Below, piece after piece: positions 58,623 to 64,000 of a stretch of DNA of 64,000 nucleotides. Origin of the DNA: an uncultured bacterium. GTDB lineage: Bacteria; Zixibacteria; MSB-5A5; CAIYYT01. The stretch spans positions 1,824,001-1,888,000 of the forward strand of contig CAVSCK010000004.1 in NCBI GenBank assembly GCA_963726455.1, given 5' to 3'. How positions within the stretch are numbered: position 1 is the first letter of the stretch; each line of letters begins with the position of its first letter. A program made the position numbers and the translations under genes. Under the pieces are notes generated by a model. The model was not told where the DNA came from. It saw only the letters and a list, made by a program, of their open reading frames with translations, and did no database searches.

Positions 58623-60095
58623 CTAAGGCGGAGACAAAAGTTCAAGTCTCTTTCGACTCGACTGCCACGAAAAATAGGTCGCCTTGCTTCCCGCAGGTAT
58701 CTCCGGTAACGAATTGTCTGACTGAAGTATGACACTCACCGATTTCGTCTTGTCAAACCAGACATAGAGTATGGCCTGCAAATGCTTCGGCGATCCTTCG
58801 GTGGCCAGAGTGGATTGCGAATAATCTGAGAACACGACAACTGAGTCGCTCCGGTCCAACGCGTTGTTGGCTTTGTCGAACCCGGCGATGATTCTGTTCG
58901 AAATCTCCTGGGCCTCGAAGTACACAGCCGACAGCCGATATGTAATCGCCAGATTCGCGATGGCAAATAACACAATACCTGCAGACAAGACTGCCTTTGA
59001 GCGAAGCATTCTTAACCGTTCCGAAACACTGCTGACGAGCCAGCCGACCAACACCGCCGTGCCGACTGCCGGAGTGTACACAAATCTGGTTACTGATGCC
59101 CTGGGATATAGGTCGAACAGACTGATGTTCCACCGCACGATTGCTATCGTGGCAACAAATGCGGCCATCCAAAGCAGAAACAGGCGGCAAGCCACACCCC
59201 CTTTGCGCCAAAAGTACACCAGTATTATCGGCGACACGATCGTCAGAGCGATCTTCATAGCTTTGAAACCTGTTACGACATTGCCGGGCATTGCGTCGGC
59301 GACGCGCTGGGAGAAAGGCATGATCGTGTAGAGCATGAAATACCAGAGATTGACAAGCGTCCCCGAGCCGACTCCAATTTCCTTTTCGGCCACAGTTCTG
59401 GTCGCGGCATAACCGATCAGAAATGCGCCGAAGGTCAAGATCCAGAAGAGTGTGAACGTCCTGTACTTCCGGCTCAGAGGTGAGATTCCTTTGACCAGCA
59501 GAACAGCTCCAAACAGCCCTATCGAAACAAAACCGGATTCCTTAATCAATGTGGCTGCATAACCAAGCAACCAGATCTGGACAAACACTTTCCATGACGG
59601 CTTCTCAGCAGCATCAAGAGACTTCAGCACGACCAGCAGACACAGGCACGTTACCCAGAGATCGTGTCCAACCGATATCCACTCAATGGCCGGAGCGTTA
59701 AGAAAGTAGAAAGCGTAGAAGACGGCCGCTGCATACCTGAACTTTGGAGATGCTTCCATCCGTTCCAGGACTTTCCAGAGCAGGTATACATTCGCGACAT
59801 GAAGTAGTATGTTCACCAGACTGTAAAGAAAGGCATGATTCCCGAATATGAGCCGCCACACAAACACGATCAGCAGGTTCAGCGGCCGGAAGTATCCATA
59901 CATCGGACGTTCGAAGAATACCGAGAAGTCGGTCGCGGCGCGCTTTGCATTGAATAGCCACAGCCAGTCGTCACCCAGGAATTGCCGGCAAATGAAGGGG
60001 CAATAGAACAGCAGTGTGGCTCCCAGGAGAACGTACAGCCACGTCTGGCGCCTTGGAGCAGGGTCGCGGTCAGGGTTATTCCCGGTGTGATTCAA
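58623..60095 (-). CDS. Multi-pass membrane protein, GT-C glycosyltransferase-like
   Basis: First loop F.GDD, YFRPL, N..LH.AN, E..W and KES motifs typical of ArnT/PMT-like proteins; about 11 TMs. Confidence 0.6.
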   Translation of the reverse strand: MNHTGNNPDRDPAPRRQTWLYVLLGATLLFYCPFICRQFLGDDWLWLFNAKRAATDFSVFFERPMYGYFRPLNLLIVFVWRLIFGNHAFLYSLVNILLHVANVYLLWKVLERMEASPKFRYAAAVFYAFYFLNAPAIEWISVGHDLWVTCLCLLVVLKSLDAAEKPSWKVFVQIWLLGYAATLIKESGFVSIGLFGAVLLVKGISPLSRKYRTFTLFWILTFGAFLIGYAATRTVAEKEIGVGSGTLVNLWYFMLYTIMPFSQRVADAMPGNVVTGFKAMKIALTIVSPIILVYFWRKGGVACRLFLLWMAAFVATIAIVRWNISLFDLYPRASVTRFVYTPAVGTAVLVGWLVSSVSERLRMLRSKAVLSAGIVLFAIANLAITYRLSAVYFEAQEISNRIIAGFDKANNALDRSDSVVVFSDYSQSTLATEGSPKHLQAILYVWFDKTKSVSVILQSDNSLPEIPAGSKATYFSWQSSRKRLELLSPP

Positions 60096-60142
60096 ACATT
60101 ACTCCGCAAATTTGACCAAATACTTACCTGCAGGACGGTTTG

Positions 60143-63100
60143 TCAAGATCCTCTTTCCAATACAAACGACGCCCAATAGTACGGATGCCGCAATCGCAAG
60201 CGCGGTGACTCTATCAGACTCAGCTTGGCTTGCCGCAATGCTCCGGCATATCCAAGGTCGAGATTGCGGTAAAATTCCTTCATCAAAACCGCCGTTGCAA
60301 AGTCCTCAACTTCCCAGAGCGATACAACAACATTGTGGCAACCGGCCATCATAAATCCTTGAACAAACCCCTCAATTCCTTCCCCCAACTGGAATCGCCC
60401 ACCCCCTGATTCGCACGACGACAGCACCACCAGATCAGCAGACAACTTCATTCGCGTCACGTCGGCCAGCGAAAGATAATTGCTCGAGTCCGCGGTCGTG
60501 TCGGGCGACAACCAGATTCGCGAACGCAGCGGATCGTCCTGATTGATCGTGCTGTGCGTTGCGACATGTATTACCTGATATTCGTTCGCCTCCGTCGACA
60601 TCAGTACTGACTTGGATAGATCCTTCCCGGTCACCATTCGACGTCGGTCCGCCGGAAACAACTCTGCAATCCAATCGGCCTCATGCAATGAATAAGGCAA
60701 TGGCTTCAATTTGTCTGAGGGCGTCGGATCGGCCAGCACCAGTAGACGCGGTTGCGCAGGGGGCGTAGCGTTCGACTCAGAAATAAACAGTCCCAGATTC
60801 GGTGTGTAACTCACTTCGACACGCTCGATCAGATACTTACCGTCAATCGTCAATGACTCGAATGGCAATAAGCTCAATGCGCCATCAGGGCAGATGCTCA
60901 ATCGATCAAGACCAGATAGATCGCCGAGCGGCCCCAACACTAACTTTGCCATGGCCTCGGAAGTTCGTCGCAAACTATCAGACAGCGCTTCATCGCTCAC
61001 TGATTTCTGCAGCAATGCCAGATAACTCGCCAACTCCTCAGTCAGCTTTTGTCGCGGCTGAAGAGGATAGACCTTGCCTCCATCCTTTGTGATCAATATC
61101 AGGACTGATTGCTTCTCCATCAGCAGGAAGTTTACCACCGCCGACCGTGCGTCTTTCAGAGATGAACTTGCCTGCTGCAAAGTCACCGGCGTTGCAGGCG
61201 CAACCCCGATGTTGTGCGGTCCGGACAGACTTTGCCGCAACCGAATTTCGGCAAGTGCTGCGTTCAATCCAGTAAGCTTGTCAACCAACGCTTTCTGATC
61301 CAGCGAGCTATCCGCCTCGACCAATTCGGCCTCGGCTCGATCAATTTTCGCCAGTAATGCCTTTTCCTGCCTGACAAGTTCCGCCGGCAAATGCGCCTCC
61401 ACACCGTCCGTACCTCGCTGCAACATCTCCAGCCACGATTGCGATTTGGCCAAATCGACGTAACGCAGCAGCGAATCCAGTGCCGTCGCGCGATTCGATT
61501 CTTCGCACCGCCTCGCCAGTATGTCGATGATCGCTTCATAGATGAACCGGCTGTCTGCTCTTTGAAACGCCCGCAATTCCACGTCGGGAATGCTCCGCCG
61601 TGATTGTTCAAGCCTGGAGACCACGCGAGTCAGATACGTCAATGCCGAATCCTCCTGGCCCCGGTCGTACCAGATCAGACCGGCTACCAAATCAAAGCGC
61701 TGTCGGTTCGCATACGTGTTTTTTGCAACCGCTAATTCCTTCGCAGCCTCCAGATACCGCACGGCTCGTTCCCAATCCCCATTTTGTCTGGCATAGTCGG
61801 CGCAAATTATCTCGACATCGAAGTTTCGCTGTTCGTCTGATTGTTGCCGCAGAATCGTAAGCACCGAGTCCAACTCCGCCAATGCTCTGTGTCCTATTCC
61901 TTGTCTCTGTCTCAACCGCGCTTCCGCAACCATTGCCGTGACCAACAACCGCGGATTGTCGTATGCACCCGCAATATCTGTGGCCTGCCGCAAGTATCCA
62001 TGTGCACTCTGCAGATCATTTGCCGCCAGATAGATGTCTCCCAGATTCGTCAGCGTCTCAATCATTTCGTTCGGAAGCTTCAATCGCCTTCTGATTTCGA
62101 GCGATCGCCGGTAATAACTGATTGCCGATTCGGCGGCGCCCAGTTGCTGATATACCGTCCCAATATTGTGCAGCGCCATCGCCAATGCCGGCTGATTGCC
62201 TGATTTCCTGGCAAGGTCTTCCTCTTCCACGTAGTACTTTAGCGCCGCTTCGTAATCACCCCGTGATGACTCCAATGCCGCCAAATTCGCCAGTATCGAC
62301 AAAGTCAATCTGGATTTATCTCTGGCCTCGCCGCTTGTCAGCGCTGATTGATATAGTTTCGCCGCCCCGTCGATATCACCATTGTCTGAGGCGATCATTC
62401 CTTGCGCCTGAAGCAAACGCGCATCTGCTGTGCTGTCACCGAAGTTTCTCGACAGACTTTCTGCGTTTGTAAGCCATCCCGTCACTTCCGAGTCGGGCCG
62501 GCTGTGGCGAAACGCCCCGATCATATTCAGCAGCGATTGATAAATTTCCGCCGAGTCTGCCAACTGTCGCCGCAATCGTAGCGCTTCAGCCGCAAAACGA
62601 TATGATTCCCGCACGTTGTCCAGTGAGAGATGAACCGCGCTGATATTGTTGAGGCAGTCGGCGACACCCTTTTCGTCGCCTAGCTGATCCTTAACAACTT
62701 GCGATGAATCGAAATACGACCCGGCTCTCACGAAGTACCCTGATTTCTGAAAGTAATCACCTATCAGATTCAGACCTCGCGCCGTGCCATCCAGATCGCC
62801 GATCGCTCGTGCAATCACCAGCGACCTGTGCAGCATCTGCAATGCCTTATCTGGGTTCGCGCCCTGAGTCCGAATGCTGCCGGCATATTGCAGGGCCTTA
62901 ACCCCGGCTGCCGAATCGCCAAGTTCAAGAAATTGACTCGCTACGTCCTCGAATGCTTTGGCCACCCTGCCGGTCTCTCCAGCCCTCAGTAGGTCGATCG
63001 TTGCCGCAAATTTCTGCTTGATGCTCTCTCTCACCGCGTACTTCGTCTCCCGCCACACGCGATACTTGGCAGTCTGCCGCACATAGAACGCATCGCCGTA

Positions 63101-63361
63101 TCGTGTTGCCAGAGCACGCGACCATCTCTCGCACGACTGCAAAGCCTGTTCATTTCCAGAATCGAAGTACTTCTCCAGGTCGGCCTGAACGGTCTTGTAT
63201 GAAGAGAATCGTTGGGTGGAAACCACTGAATCGACTTGCACGGAATCGAGCGCCGCATCCGCGGCGGTCGCCGAATGGATGTTGAACAAAGTCGCTGCGG
63301 CTGTTATCAATACAACAACCGACGTCGCTGCCAGCAATCGCCTGTATGCTTCTGGGATCAC
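60143..63361 (-). CDS. TPR-repeat + CHAT (caspase-like) domain protein with an N-terminal signal/anchor
   Basis: Multiple TPR units; CHAT motifs PDGAL..LPFE.L, IHVATH, LVVLSSCESG, VVSLWEVED and HPYYWASF. Confidence 0.92.
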   Translation of the reverse strand: MIPEAYRRLLAATSVVVLITAAATLFNIHSATAADAALDSVQVDSVVSTQRFSSYKTVQADLEKYFDSGNEQALQSCERWSRALATRYGDAFYVRQTAKYRVWRETKYAVRESIKQKFAATIDLLRAGETGRVAKAFEDVASQFLELGDSAAGVKALQYAGSIRTQGANPDKALQMLHRSLVIARAIGDLDGTARGLNLIGDYFQKSGYFVRAGSYFDSSQVVKDQLGDEKGVADCLNNISAVHLSLDNVRESYRFAAEALRLRRQLADSAEIYQSLLNMIGAFRHSRPDSEVTGWLTNAESLSRNFGDSTADARLLQAQGMIASDNGDIDGAAKLYQSALTSGEARDKSRLTLSILANLAALESSRGDYEAALKYYVEEEDLARKSGNQPALAMALHNIGTVYQQLGAAESAISYYRRSLEIRRRLKLPNEMIETLTNLGDIYLAANDLQSAHGYLRQATDIAGAYDNPRLLVTAMVAEARLRQRQGIGHRALAELDSVLTILRQQSDEQRNFDVEIICADYARQNGDWERAVRYLEAAKELAVAKNTYANRQRFDLVAGLIWYDRGQEDSALTYLTRVVSRLEQSRRSIPDVELRAFQRADSRFIYEAIIDILARRCEESNRATALDSLLRYVDLAKSQSWLEMLQRGTDGVEAHLPAELVRQEKALLAKIDRAEAELVEADSSLDQKALVDKLTGLNAALAEIRLRQSLSGPHNIGVAPATPVTLQQASSSLKDARSAVVNFLLMEKQSVLILITKDGGKVYPLQPRQKLTEELASYLALLQKSVSDEALSDSLRRTSEAMAKLVLGPLGDLSGLDRLSICPDGALSLLPFESLTIDGKYLIERVEVSYTPNLGLFISESNATPPAQPRLLVLADPTPSDKLKPLPYSLHEADWIAELFPADRRRMVTGKDLSKSVLMSTEANEYQVIHVATHSTINQDDPLRSRIWLSPDTTADSSNYLSLADVTRMKLSADLVVLSSCESGGGRFQLGEGIEGFVQGFMMAGCHNVVVSLWEVEDFATAVLMKEFYRNLDLGYAGALRQAKLSLIESPRLRLRHPYYWASFVLERGS

Positions 63362-63418
63362 ACAGCGAATCTATATTCGCTCACTCAATCTATCAAGGGG
63401 AATACTCAGGACGGATCA

Positions 63419-63440
63419 GGGGCACGGTTACCCGTGCCCC
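63419..63440 (-). terminator. Hairpin downstream of cheW
   Basis: GGGGCACGG-ttac-CCGTGCCCC; no clear U-tract. Confidence 0.5.
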
Positions 63441-63452
63441 CGAACCACTGCT

Positions 63453-63959
63453 TCAGAACTGAGCGAGGGTTTTGCGTTCCTCGCCGGAAAGAATCTTTGA
63501 CAGATCCAGATGGATCAGCAGGCGGTCGTCAAGCTTGGCGACGCCGCGGATATATTCCGAATCTATCGAACTCACCACCTCCGGCGGCGGTTCGATTGTC
63601 GAAGCCGGAATCCGCAGCACTTCACTAACACTGTCGACGACCATCCCCATAATCTGCCCGTCGATATCCACCACGACAATGCGAGTGTTTTTGTCGTGCT
63701 CGGCTAACTGCATATTGAAACGTTTGCGCACGTCAATAATCGGTATCACCTTCCCGCGGAGGTTGATTATCCCCTCGACAAATTCCGGCGCTCGCGGTAC
63801 TCGTGTGATATCCACCATGCGGTTGATTTCTTGAACCTTCAGGATATCAATCCCGAACTCTTCCGTGCCGATGTTGAAACTCACCAACTGCAGAATTTCG
63901 TCCGCAGCGCGTGCGGATTTCTGCAGCGAGTCCTTGTCGTTTAAAGTTGCCATCGTCAT
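63453..63959 (-). CDS. cheW: Chemotaxis coupling protein CheW
   Basis: QLVSF.IG.EEFGIDI.KVQEI, ITRVP.AP.FVEGIINLRGKVIPIID and G.VVDSVSEV. Confidence 0.95.
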   Translation of the reverse strand: MTMATLNDKDSLQKSARAADEILQLVSFNIGTEEFGIDILKVQEINRMVDITRVPRAPEFVEGIINLRGKVIPIIDVRKRFNMQLAEHDKNTRIVVVDIDGQIMGMVVDSVSEVLRIPASTIEPPPEVVSSIDSEYIRGVAKLDDRLLIHLDLSKILSGEERKTLAQF

Positions 63960-64000
63960 GACCCTTTCTTAAACCCGGACTTCTGTCGTCACCGCGCGTT

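Noticed and set aside
60143-63361. Craspase / type III-E CRISPR association of the TPR-CHAT protein
   Set aside because: No gRAMP/Cas7-11, csx30/csx31 or array in the window.

Overview
A chromosomal window from a Gram-negative bacterium. C-terminal '[22 protein letters not shown]' dockerin-like tails and 'NYPNPFNPET.I' FlgD-Ig/T9SS-type tails suggest candidate phylum Zixibacteria (inference). The main feature is a five-gene operon at 10201-21024: a His-rich inner-membrane cytochrome b-like protein, a 20-heme cytochrome c, a giant cytochrome c, an outer-membrane beta-barrel, and a membrane-anchored ferredoxin/FAD-NAD(P)H oxidoreductase. The giant cytochrome is about 1710 aa with 69 CxxCH plus 1 CxxxCH in 72-aa three-heme repeats, and is broken here by two single-base frameshifts. 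The operon looks like a complete cytoplasm-to-exterior electron conduit. Next comes a cluster (21448-38426) of secreted modular proteins with HYR, beta-helix, cohesin-like and dockerin-like domains plus two proteases, around a tRNA-Ser(GGA). The rest holds SpoIID, OmpA, PpiD, a TetR/RND efflux unit, secDF, a ManC/PMM-like to tmk operon, an S9 peptidase, a CDGSH protein, duplicated RRM genes, an MNT-HEPN toxin-antitoxin pair, a CreD-like protein, an inositol-lipid operon, a GT-C-like protein, a TPR-CHAT protein and CheW. At least five single-base frameshifts occur in otherwise intact genes and are probably assembly indels. No CRISPR array, rRNA, integrase or transposase was seen. All counts are manual and no database searches were run.
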